Shown: positions 48,164 through 56,874 of the stretch, one piece after another
Layout: each line of letters starts with the position of its first letter
Position numbering within the stretch: position 1 is the stretch's first letter
NCBI GenBank assembly: GCA_041394985.1
Contig: JAWLBI010000001.1
Span: forward strand, 4,292,855-4,356,854
Length of the DNA: 64,000 nucleotides
Source: Candidatus Zixiibacteriota bacterium
Lineage (GTDB): Bacteria > Zixibacteria > MSB-5A5 > GN15 > JAAZOE01
Direction of reading: 5' to 3'
Program-made: the position numbers and the translations under genes
The notes under the pieces: generated by a model
Database searches by the model: none
Seen by the model: the letters and a program-made list of their open reading frames with translations, nothing else
Told to the model about the DNA's origin: nothing

Positions 48164-48856
48164 ATGAGAACTATTCTTATCACAGGAGCCAGCGGCGATA
48201 TCGGTCGCGCCATCGCGGAACGCCTGGCCGACCGTGACACGACTCTTATTCTCCACGGTCGCAATATCACCAAACTGGAAAAAACATGTTCCGCGGCCCG
48301 CGAAAAGGACGCCAAAATCATCGCCTTCCCCGGCGATTTCCATCGCGAGAAAGACCTGAATAAATTTATCGCTCGCGCCGCCAAGGAGCAGATCGATGTA
48401 ATCATTCACAGCACCGGACTGGCCATTGTTGAGCCGTTCGAGAAGATTGCTCTCGATGCATGGAACAAGGCCCTGCACCTCAATGTGACCGTCCCGTTTT
48501 ATATCACCCAGCAGCTCATCGAACATCTCACGGACAATGGCATGATCGTCAACATCATGTCCGTTGCCGCCAAAACGGGATTTCCCGGCTGGACCAGTTA
48601 CTGCACCGGTAAATTCGCCCTCGACGGATTTTCGAAAAGCCTCCGCGAAGAACTCCGGGCGAAAAAAATCCGCGTCAGCAATATCTATCCGGCCGCGACC
48701 GATACCGGGCTCTGGGATAGCATTGACGGCGATTGGAATCGCGATAAGATGATGAAACCGACCGATGTCGCAGAGGCTGTCGCCTTCGCCATTGCCCAAC
48801 CTCCGCACGTGTCAGTCGATGCCATTGAGGTCAATAATACCGGCGGTAATCTCTAA
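48164..48856 (+). CDS. SDR family oxidoreductase (sepiapterin-reductase-like candidate)
   Basis: TGASGDIGRAIA Rossmann motif. Y-x-x-x-K (YCTGK) catalytic motif. 230 aa. Directly follows folE and PTPS. Confidence 0.7.
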   Translation: MRTILITGASGDIGRAIAERLADRDTTLILHGRNITKLEKTCSAAREKDAKIIAFPGDFHREKDLNKFIARAAKEQIDVIIHSTGLAIVEPFEKIALDAWNKALHLNVTVPFYITQQLIEHLTDNGMIVNIMSVAAKTGFPGWTSYCTGKFALDGFSKSLREELRAKKIRVSNIYPAATDTGLWDSIDGDWNRDKMMKPTDVAEAVAFAIAQPPHVSVDAIEVNNTGGNL

Positions 48857-49008
48857 AGCATATAAAGAGATACGACCATATTTCGATGAACCTTTTCATG
48901 GAATTTGCCGTCTTATAACTATTCTTTGCCGGAAATGTCGGGATGGGGCAATACTGAAGTAGAGACAAAACCGACAATCCGACAGGTTTTCTATGTGGGA
49001 GGCAAACC

Positions 49009-51357
49009 ATGTTACAGCGGGCTAATGTCGCAATATTCATCTCGATCTGCCTTGTCATTCTTCTCAGTTCGTATTCTCTTTCTCTTGCCACGATGCCGAA
49101 TAATGCCTATGAACCGAGATTCAAACCGGAAGTCACAATTTCCCAAAAGACCGGCGACATAAAAATCGACGGACACCTTCATGATCCCGGATGGGCCGGG
49201 GCTGCCATGATCGATCACTTCGTGGAAAACGAACCGGGCGACCAAATTAAACCGCCGGTGGATACGAAGGCATATCTGACGTATGATAAAGACTATCTGT
49301 ACGTCTCAATTGTCTGCTATGACAACCCGGAAGATATCCGCGCAACGCTATGCGAACGAGATCAGATGTATTCCGATGACAACGTCGGTTTCTTTTTCGA
49401 CACCTACGGCGACGCTTCCTGGGCATATACCATGAATGTCAACCCATACGGGGTGCAGGCCGACGCCATCTGGACGAATGGATTCGGCGAGGACAGTAAA
49501 TACGATTTGGTGTGGGAATCGGCCGGGCAGATTACGGATTCAGGTTATCAGGTGGAAATAGCCATACCCTTCTCGACGCTTCGCTTTCCCAACAAACCGG
49601 AACAAAACTGGCGCATCGAATTCTGGCGCCACCACTACCGCGATGTCCACTACAACCTCTCATGGTGCGCTTATGACAGAAATGAACCATGCTGGGCGTG
49701 TCAATGGGGTTATCTGAAAGGCATCAAAGACGTCCAGCCGGGCAAAGGTATCGAAATCATTCCCGCATTCGTGGGATATCAATCCGGCTTCGCAACCGAG
49801 TTGGATGCCGGCACCCCCAATATCGTCGATTCCATCGGATTCGAGAATGAAGATGCCGACGGTGAAATCGCACTGAATATCAAGTACTCACCCGTTTCCA
49901 ATATCACGATCGAGGGCTCGTACAATCCGGACTTCTCGCAGGTCGAGGCCGATGCCGACCAGATTGACGTCAACACGACCACGGCACTGTGGTTTCCTGA
50001 AAAACGACCGTTCTTCCAGGAAGGCAGCGACTTATTCAAGACTATTTTCGATGCCGTCTATACGCGCACGATCAATGATCCTGATTTCGCCTCGAAATTC
50101 ACGGCCAGAATCAATCGCACCAGTATTGCCGTTTTGAGCGCTCACGATGAGCATACACCTATCCTCATGCCGTTCGAGGAGCGCAGCAAAACTTTCACTA
50201 TCGGCAAATCATACAACAACTTCGTTCGAATCAGGCAGGCATTCGGAGAAAACTCGCAATTCGGAGCATTGATTACCGATCGACGCTATGAAGGCGGCGG
50301 TTCGGGTTCGGCATTCAGTCTAGACGGATCATTCCGGCTCAGCCAGAAATTCCGCCTGATGGTACAGTCAATTGCCAGTTATACCGAGGAACCGGATGAC
50401 AGCCTTTTAACATCTGGACTTTCAATTTATGATAAGACCGTAGACTCTTCGGTCGCATTCAATCAGTTTTACTACGATGCCGACCGGAACCATACGGCCG
50501 GATTCGATGGCGAATCATTCTGGGGACACTCCTTTATCGCCCTGCTCGATTACAGTATCAGAGACCTTTATATCAGCAGCCGGTTGTCGGAAATAAGTGA
50601 AAACTTCCGTGCGGAAAACGGGTATCTGCCTCGCAATGATCGCCGTCAGGCAAGTATTGTCATATCTAAGGACTTTCGCGCCGACCATGGATTGATAAAG
50701 ACAATCAGTCCGCAGTTCTTCGCAGCCCGCATCTGGAACATGGATGGACAGATTAAGGACGAATGGATAAACATTGAATTGCCGACATACTTCAGAAAAT
50801 GGCAGTCCTATATGCACCTCAACTTGCTCCTCAGCCGCGAGAACTATGGCGGCAGACAATTCGATAACATCTGGGGAATACACAACTGTTTCCAGGTACA
50901 GGGGTTGAGCAAAAACATCCAATTCGGCGGTTCGGTCGACTATGGCAATCGCATTGCCCGAAATGACTTTGTCATGGGCAGGGAACTGCAACTGTCCGGC
51001 TGGGTCGACGTGCGGCTGTTCAGTCGCCTGTTATCGGAGTTTAATTATTCATATATCCAAAGCCGCAACAGTGATACCGACGACTTGCTCTATCTGGGCT
51101 ACATTCTCAGAAATAAAATTAGTCTGCAGCTCAATCGCGAGTTATCAATTCGCCTTGTTACGCAGTTCAATCAATTCAACAATGCATGGGATATTGACCC
51201 GCTGATCACGTATCGCCTGAGCCCCTTCTCTCTGTTCTATATCGGCACAACATACGATTATATACGCTATGACAATTATCAGACGATCGATAACAGCACC
51301 TATAAACTGGCGGCGCGCCAGTTCTTCATGAAACTCCAGTACATGTTCCAGATATAA
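49009..51357 (+). CDS. CBM9-like/DUF5916-type large secreted or outer-membrane protein
   Basis: Signal peptide. The N-terminal ~230 aa are a carbohydrate-binding family-9-like domain (DG.LDD..W......F...P.....P...T.....D...LY.....D...). A long beta-rich C-terminal region follows. 782 aa. Confidence 0.4.
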   Translation: MLQRANVAIFISICLVILLSSYSLSLATMPNNAYEPRFKPEVTISQKTGDIKIDGHLHDPGWAGAAMIDHFVENEPGDQIKPPVDTKAYLTYDKDYLYVSIVCYDNPEDIRATLCERDQMYSDDNVGFFFDTYGDASWAYTMNVNPYGVQADAIWTNGFGEDSKYDLVWESAGQITDSGYQVEIAIPFSTLRFPNKPEQNWRIEFWRHHYRDVHYNLSWCAYDRNEPCWACQWGYLKGIKDVQPGKGIEIIPAFVGYQSGFATELDAGTPNIVDSIGFENEDADGEIALNIKYSPVSNITIEGSYNPDFSQVEADADQIDVNTTTALWFPEKRPFFQEGSDLFKTIFDAVYTRTINDPDFASKFTARINRTSIAVLSAHDEHTPILMPFEERSKTFTIGKSYNNFVRIRQAFGENSQFGALITDRRYEGGGSGSAFSLDGSFRLSQKFRLMVQSIASYTEEPDDSLLTSGLSIYDKTVDSSVAFNQFYYDADRNHTAGFDGESFWGHSFIALLDYSIRDLYISSRLSEISENFRAENGYLPRNDRRQASIVISKDFRADHGLIKTISPQFFAARIWNMDGQIKDEWINIELPTYFRKWQSYMHLNLLLSRENYGGRQFDNIWGIHNCFQVQGLSKNIQFGGSVDYGNRIARNDFVMGRELQLSGWVDVRLFSRLLSEFNYSYIQSRNSDTDDLLYLGYILRNKISLQLNRELSIRLVTQFNQFNNAWDIDPLITYRLSPFSLFYIGTTYDYIRYDNYQTIDNSTYKLAARQFFMKLQYMFQI

Positions 51358-51377
51358 ATTTCAAAATTTCAGCGACA

Positions 51378-51413
51378 TAAAAAAAGGGCCGCGTTGTGAA
51401 ACGGCCCTTTTTT
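51378..51413. terminator. bidirectional rho-independent terminator
   Basis: A7 tract, then GGGCCG...CGGCCC stem, then TTTTTT. Sits between convergent genes. Confidence 0.75.
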
Positions 51414-51487
51414 CAAGTGCAAACAGGTATGTATGTGCACAAGAGAGGATTCGTGGGTGGCGTATGTCCCCGTGCGCCATCAATAAC

Positions 51488-52741
51488 TTATTCGTACCGC
51501 AATGCTTCGATCGGGTCGACTCGCGTCGCACGCCAGGCCGGATACAATCCCGCGATGACTCCCGTTCCGATCGAGACAGCCATCCCGATCACCGTCCACA
51601 GTGGCGACAGATAATAATGCCACTCCAACGATGTTGTGACAATCAACCCGACGATAGCTCCGAACACGATACCGACGACACCCCCCATCCCGGTCAGCGT
51701 CCCGGCCTCGACTAAAAACTGGAAGAGAATATTTTTCTTGCGCGCTCCGAGCGCCTTGCGCACCCCGATCTCTCTCGTCCGCTGCGTTACCGCCACCAGC
51801 ATGATGTTCATGACACCGATAACGCCCACCAAGAGCCCAACGCAGGCAACGGACACGGCGACCAGCCGAGCTATCCCGGTAATCTCGCCGACTTCATCCC
51901 GCAGGGAGTCCTGTGTTTCAATACCGAAATTGTTTTCCTCACTCGGGCGCAATTGCCGCACTCGCCGAAGGGCATTGACGACCTGATCCATCGCCTCGCC
52001 GAACTGTGTTCGCGAAACCGCGCTGACCAGCAGATACACGCGCTCAACATCAGGATACAACCGCTCGAATGTCGTCATCGGGATGTAGATAAAATCATTT
52101 TCGCTTATCCCGAACAGATCATCAATCTCCTCCTGCACGCCGATAACGGTGAACTCCCAGCCGTTTACTCGGATCACCTTGTTGATGGCATCGGCTCGGT
52201 CCCCGAACAGTTCATCCGCTACCGCCGGTCCGATGACAGTCACCCGAGCGCCTCGGCGCAAATCGTTGTCATCGATAAAGCGCCCGTGCGAGACATCGCG
52301 ATTCGTGACGATCGCCTGTTCCGGCCAGCAGCCTCGAAAATCATCGGGATTGCGAATTTCCTTATCACCATATTTCGCGACATTGCGCCAGGATTTTTTC
52401 TCGGGTGATACCGCTTTAACCAGCGGACACATATCCCGGATCGCATAGGCTTCGTCCATCGTGATATTCTTGCGCTTGCGCTGTTCTTCGGTCAGATTAT
52501 CGAAATCGGTATTCTCATCCCACTTGGATATGTACATGACATTCTTGCCGATTTTTTCGATGGAATATTCGACATACTGATTGAATCCGTCCATGATGGT
52601 ATTGACGATAATCACCGCGCCGACACCGATCATAACGCCCAGGATCGTCATAAACGACCGGAATTTATTCGAGCGCACGGCATCCATGGCCAGCAGGATG
52701 CCCTCTTTCATCTCGTCCGTCGAATGAAACAGTTTATTCAT
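51488..52741 (-). CDS. ABC transporter permease (FtsX/MacB-type)
   Basis: 417 aa with the same TM / periplasmic domain / FtsX architecture. Start overlaps the upstream permease stop. Confidence 0.75.
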   Translation of the reverse strand: MNKLFHSTDEMKEGILLAMDAVRSNKFRSFMTILGVMIGVGAVIIVNTIMDGFNQYVEYSIEKIGKNVMYISKWDENTDFDNLTEEQRKRKNITMDEAYAIRDMCPLVKAVSPEKKSWRNVAKYGDKEIRNPDDFRGCWPEQAIVTNRDVSHGRFIDDNDLRRGARVTVIGPAVADELFGDRADAINKVIRVNGWEFTVIGVQEEIDDLFGISENDFIYIPMTTFERLYPDVERVYLLVSAVSRTQFGEAMDQVVNALRRVRQLRPSEENNFGIETQDSLRDEVGEITGIARLVAVSVACVGLLVGVIGVMNIMLVAVTQRTREIGVRKALGARKKNILFQFLVEAGTLTGMGGVVGIVFGAIVGLIVTTSLEWHYYLSPLWTVIGMAVSIGTGVIAGLYPAWRATRVDPIEALRYE

Positions 52742-53966
52742 AGGTCAATGCCTTTATCGGATCGAGTTTCGCCGCTTTACGCGCCGGATAAATACCGAAA
52801 AATATCCCTACGCCCGACGATATCCCCAATCCCAGGATAATCGCCAATGTCGTCGGAGCGATATAAATATCCATAACACTGTTGAGTATGTACGCACCAA
52901 GTTTGACGCCCAACGCCAGGCCGATAACGCCTCCGCAAAACGACAGGATCACCGATTCGTACAAAAACTGCATCATGATCTTTCCGCGGCTGGCTCCGAG
53001 AGATTTACGAATCCCGATTTCCCGCGTCCGCTCGGTCACCGATATCATCATGATGTTCATGATGACGATACCGCCGATAATGATTGACAACAGCGGCAGA
53101 GAAATCATGATAACCCGGAATGCCGCCGTGATATCATTGATGAAGCTGAGAACATTGTCAGGAGTGAAAATGATAAAATCATCCTTCGCCTCGTATGGGA
53201 CATGCCGCATCGAGCGCAGGACGACACGGACCTGGTCCATCGCGGCTTCGCGGCGTTCCAGCGTCTTGGCGCTGATGACCAAAACGACAGGATCTCCCGG
53301 CTGCTTAAACACTTTTTGATGAGTCGATATCGGAATAATAATGCACTCATCGATGCCGTTCACGATTTCGTTATCGAGTTTCTCAATGACGCCGATAACG
53401 GTAAACTCATGGGGACCGACGCGGATTTGCTTACCCAATGGATCCTCATCCCGAGACTGAAAAAACTTATCGTATACCTTGTACCCGATAATCGCCACAT
53501 GCTTTCGCATGGCATCATCGGTTTCGGTGATGCCGCGCCCCATAATGAGGTCCAGTTTGCGGGTACTTAACAAATTCGGTGTTTCGCCCCGAATTTCCAC
53601 CCACCGCATCCGCTGATCACCGTATTTCAGATGGTCATTTTCAAATGCCTCGGCGCCGACCTGGTCGCAGTCGGGACAACCTCGCTTGATCGGTTCGATT
53701 AAGTCGACGGTCAGCTTCTTACGCTTCAGCAGGCGAAGATAATCATCCCAGGAAACATTGAATCCGAAACGGCTGACGATAAACGATCGCGGGCCCATGG
53801 TCTCGAAGATATTTTCTATCGATGACTGCATCCCCTCGACCGAGGACACGATCGCGATCACCGATGTCACTCCCATGACCATACCAAGGACCGTCAAAAA
53901 CGACCGCAGACGGTTGGCCCACAGAGCGCCGAAAGCCTCAGGAATGATGGACAACAATACTCTCAT
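52734..53966 (-). CDS. ABC transporter permease (FtsX/MacB-type)
   Basis: 410 aa. Paralogous to 51488..52741. Confidence 0.75.
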   Translation of the reverse strand: MRVLLSIIPEAFGALWANRLRSFLTVLGMVMGVTSVIAIVSSVEGMQSSIENIFETMGPRSFIVSRFGFNVSWDDYLRLLKRKKLTVDLIEPIKRGCPDCDQVGAEAFENDHLKYGDQRMRWVEIRGETPNLLSTRKLDLIMGRGITETDDAMRKHVAIIGYKVYDKFFQSRDEDPLGKQIRVGPHEFTVIGVIEKLDNEIVNGIDECIIIPISTHQKVFKQPGDPVVLVISAKTLERREAAMDQVRVVLRSMRHVPYEAKDDFIIFTPDNVLSFINDITAAFRVIMISLPLLSIIIGGIVIMNIMMISVTERTREIGIRKSLGASRGKIMMQFLYESVILSFCGGVIGLALGVKLGAYILNSVMDIYIAPTTLAIILGLGISSGVGIFFGIYPARKAAKLDPIKALTYE

Positions 53967-53981
53967 ACCTGCTCCGCCGCC

Positions 53982-55343
53982 CTACAAGGATATCGATTCG
54001 ATTTGTTCGGCGATTCGCTTACCGGAGTTTTCGTCAATCGAAACGGCTTCTCCTTCGGCAAGACGCCGGAGCGTCTGATACGAACCGGAGATAACCGTAT
54101 CGGTCGGCTGAATTCCATCCAATACTGCAATGTTGCGCTCATCGGCAATACCGGTCATAACCTGTTTAAAGACGGCTTTGCCCTCTTTAATGACAAAAAC
54201 GCCATCCAATTCGACCATCGTACGTTTTTTGCCGATTGTCTTTTCAGCCGAGGTATTCGAGCCGACACTCGACGCTACAGCAAAAGATGCATTGATGCCG
54301 CCTGCTTGAGCCGTCTCGACCGGCGCCTCTACACCCTCGGGCAGAGAATCGACATCGAATTCCCGCATCACTACCGCCGCATATGGAATCAAAAGCGCAT
54401 CCGGTGAATACGCGGTCGTAATATCGGTCGTCGCCGACATACCCGGTCGTATGCCATCGATTGATTTGTCGAAGCGCACCTTCACGAGGAAATTCGTCGA
54501 ATAGTCCTCGCTCCCTTCGCCGATCACGCGAGCCGAGTTTCCGATTTCGACGACCGTGCCGGCAAACGAAGTGTCGCGGAAAGCATCGACACGGATTTTT
54601 GCCATCTGGCCGAGAAATACCTTGGCGATTTCGGTCTCGTCGATATCGACTTCAACCTCGAACACCGATAAATCGGCGATCGTCATCAGTCGTTTTCCCT
54701 GCGTATACGAGGTCTGCGCCTGAGCGATTTCACCGGCTTCCGCATTCAAAAACGTGACGAATCCGTCCATCGGTGAGCGAATCGTTGTCTTGGTCAGATT
54801 ATCCGCGGCCTTATCAAGAATGGCGCTGTTGATGTTAACCTGCGCCAGCCAGGCATCGTAATTGGCCTTGGATGATTCATAGATATAAGTTGCATCGGCA
54901 TACTCGGTTTCGGAAATCAACTTGCCGTTGAACAATCGCGTCTGCCGTTCGAATTCCCGCTCGTCCTTGTCGAACTGGGCTCGGGCCGCCGCGAGACGCG
55001 CCTTTGTCTCATCGAGCGAAAACTGCGCCTGATGCAAATCGGATTGCAACTGGACGGTATCCAGCGTCATCAGAAGCTGTCCTTTGTCGACGAAATCCCC
55101 CTCATTGACATGCAATCCGACAATTTCCGCCGACACCTCGGCGGAGATATCGACTTTCGTCTGCGGCTGGATGCGCCCGGAAGCCGTCACCGTTTCGGCG
55201 ATATCATCGATATATGCCAAATCGGCCTGTACCAATGTTTTTGTATCGCCATTCTGCTGTAGGCTTACGACAGCAATCACCGCAACGACAACGACAATCG
55301 CGCCGCCGATCCACAACCATTTTTTCTTTCTTTTTTTTGCCAT
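53982..55343 (-). CDS. efflux transporter periplasmic adaptor subunit (HlyD/MacA family)
   Basis: N-terminal KKRKKK plus a TM anchor, then a coiled-coil and beta-barrel layout. 453 aa. Confidence 0.75.
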   Translation of the reverse strand: MAKKRKKKWLWIGGAIVVVVAVIAVVSLQQNGDTKTLVQADLAYIDDIAETVTASGRIQPQTKVDISAEVSAEIVGLHVNEGDFVDKGQLLMTLDTVQLQSDLHQAQFSLDETKARLAAARAQFDKDEREFERQTRLFNGKLISETEYADATYIYESSKANYDAWLAQVNINSAILDKAADNLTKTTIRSPMDGFVTFLNAEAGEIAQAQTSYTQGKRLMTIADLSVFEVEVDIDETEIAKVFLGQMAKIRVDAFRDTSFAGTVVEIGNSARVIGEGSEDYSTNFLVKVRFDKSIDGIRPGMSATTDITTAYSPDALLIPYAAVVMREFDVDSLPEGVEAPVETAQAGGINASFAVASSVGSNTSAEKTIGKKRTMVELDGVFVIKEGKAVFKQVMTGIADERNIAVLDGIQPTDTVISGSYQTLRRLAEGEAVSIDENSGKRIAEQIESISL

Positions 55344-55581
55344 GACACACCCTATCTGTTTGCACTAAAGGTACATATAACGTTTGAGAAGGAATCGGCA
55401 GTTTGAAGGCCGCGATCGGGTACCCAATTGTATTGGACTGGCTTTGCAAATAAAAGTTGCAAAAAACTCGAAAAAGACCCAGTTTTATACTGGATTCCGG
55501 AATCGAAAATATACACCTTGCACTACCCGTACTGCTGACGTATCATATGAAGACACAGGATTGGACTTTAGGGAGGATTTC

Positions 55582-55989
55582 ATGAAAAGGCTTTCACTGC
55601 TGCTGGTTCTGACGATAATTTCGGCCGTGTTTTTAACAATTGCCTGTGACGACGAAGCCGACAAGAGCTATCTCAATCCCTTTACGCCCGATCCGAATGA
55701 CATAGATCCGCCCACCGTCTCAATCGTATCCCCCGCCGACAGCTCGGTTGTCCCCAGAGACGACAGCGTCCTCATTACCATCAACGCCAGTGATGATACC
55801 GGGATTCGCCGCATCTATCTGTCGATAAATGATGTACTTGTCTATGACCAGGTGGATGCTCCATATGAATATTATTGGGATACCAGAACCCTAAGCCCCG
55901 GGGTAGGATATAAGCTTTGCGCCTATGCGCACGATAACGGCGGCAAAGTGACTGAAACCTGTAATACTGCGATCATTGAACTGAAATAG
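55582..55989 (+). CDS. small lipoprotein with Ig-like (Big-type) fold
   Basis: True start ATG 55582 (RBS GGGAGG). Lipobox LTIAC. PPTVSIVSPADSSVV...ASDDTGI pattern typical of bacterial Ig-like domains. Confidence 0.5.
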   Translation: MKRLSLLLVLTIISAVFLTIACDDEADKSYLNPFTPDPNDIDPPTVSIVSPADSSVVPRDDSVLITINASDDTGIRRIYLSINDVLVYDQVDAPYEYYWDTRTLSPGVGYKLCAYAHDNGGKVTETCNTAIIELK

Positions 55990-56122
55990 AGCGCCGAGAT
56001 CACGGACCGATACTACGTAAAGACATCACAATAAAAAAAATTCCCCACGGCGCGTTTATTATTGCCTTTTAGACCCATTTTTTAGTATCTATGCCGTGCA
56101 CTATATGTGAAAGGATGAAGTC

Positions 56123-56686
56123 ATGAAACGATTTTTAATAACAACCTGCCTGCTCTGCCTCCTCGTACCGGCCCTGATGGCCCAATCCGACGAGGAAAAA
56201 GTCCAGGCTGTCATGCATGCGGATGCGATCGACTGGAACAGTCTGGCCGATTGTCTTCCGGATGAAGCCGACGATATGGATGTAAGCGATGTCGACGGCG
56301 GCACCATGTCGATGGCCGACCCCACTAATCCGGGCAGCAAATTCAGCTATTCATTTGCCGAGCGTACCTACACGAAGGGAGATAACGGTATTATTCTCCG
56401 TATCACCGATACCGGCTACAGCCAGTTTCTCACGATGCCGTATATGATGGCATTCGAAATGGATACACCCGACGCGACAATCAAAAGCGTAAAAGTCGGC
56501 GACCGCGACGCCAAATTCATCCAGAATAAGGAAAAAGGTAAGGTAATCTCCACGCAATACCTGATTCTTATCTCCGAGCGTGTTCTGGTCATGGCGGAAA
56601 ATGACGGCGGGGCATCTAAGGACGAAATCGAATCGATGTTGAAGAAAATCGATTTCGAAAAACTCACGAAACTCGCCGCAAAGTAA
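56123..56686 (+). CDS. hypothetical secreted protein
   Basis: Signal peptide ending in a cleavage site of the form ALMAQS. A terminator follows. No recognisable motif. Confidence 0.45.
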   Translation: MKRFLITTCLLCLLVPALMAQSDEEKVQAVMHADAIDWNSLADCLPDEADDMDVSDVDGGTMSMADPTNPGSKFSYSFAERTYTKGDNGIILRITDTGYSQFLTMPYMMAFEMDTPDATIKSVKVGDRDAKFIQNKEKGKVISTQYLILISERVLVMAENDGGASKDEIESMLKKIDFEKLTKLAAK

Positions 56687-56706
56687 GAAAAAACAAATCG
56701 TAAAAG

Positions 56707-56741
56707 GGCGCGATCGAATCTCGGATCGCGCCCTTTTTTGT
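56707..56741 (+). terminator. rho-independent terminator
   Basis: GGGCGCGATCGA...TCGGATCGCGCCC stem followed by TTTTTTGTTT. Confidence 0.8.
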
Positions 56742-56788
56742 TTAATAACTCTCTTTTTTAACAAGAATATCGCACTTCCTCATCTGCT

Positions 56789-56802
56789 TTGACCTGAGTC
56801 AA
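56789..56802. promoter_or_regulatory. candidate Crp/Fnr-family (HcpR-like) binding site TTGAC-N4-GTCAA upstream of hcp
   Basis: Perfect palindrome TTGACCTGAGTCAA centred about 80 bp upstream of the hcp ATG. A TACACT -10-like hexamer lies about 30 bp downstream, which is class II geometry. Confidence 0.55.
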
Positions 56803-56874
56803 TTCTTTTTCCCCCGATTCTTCATACACTCCTGCCACAATGAACAAACAGACAATGACAACGAACGAAGGGAA

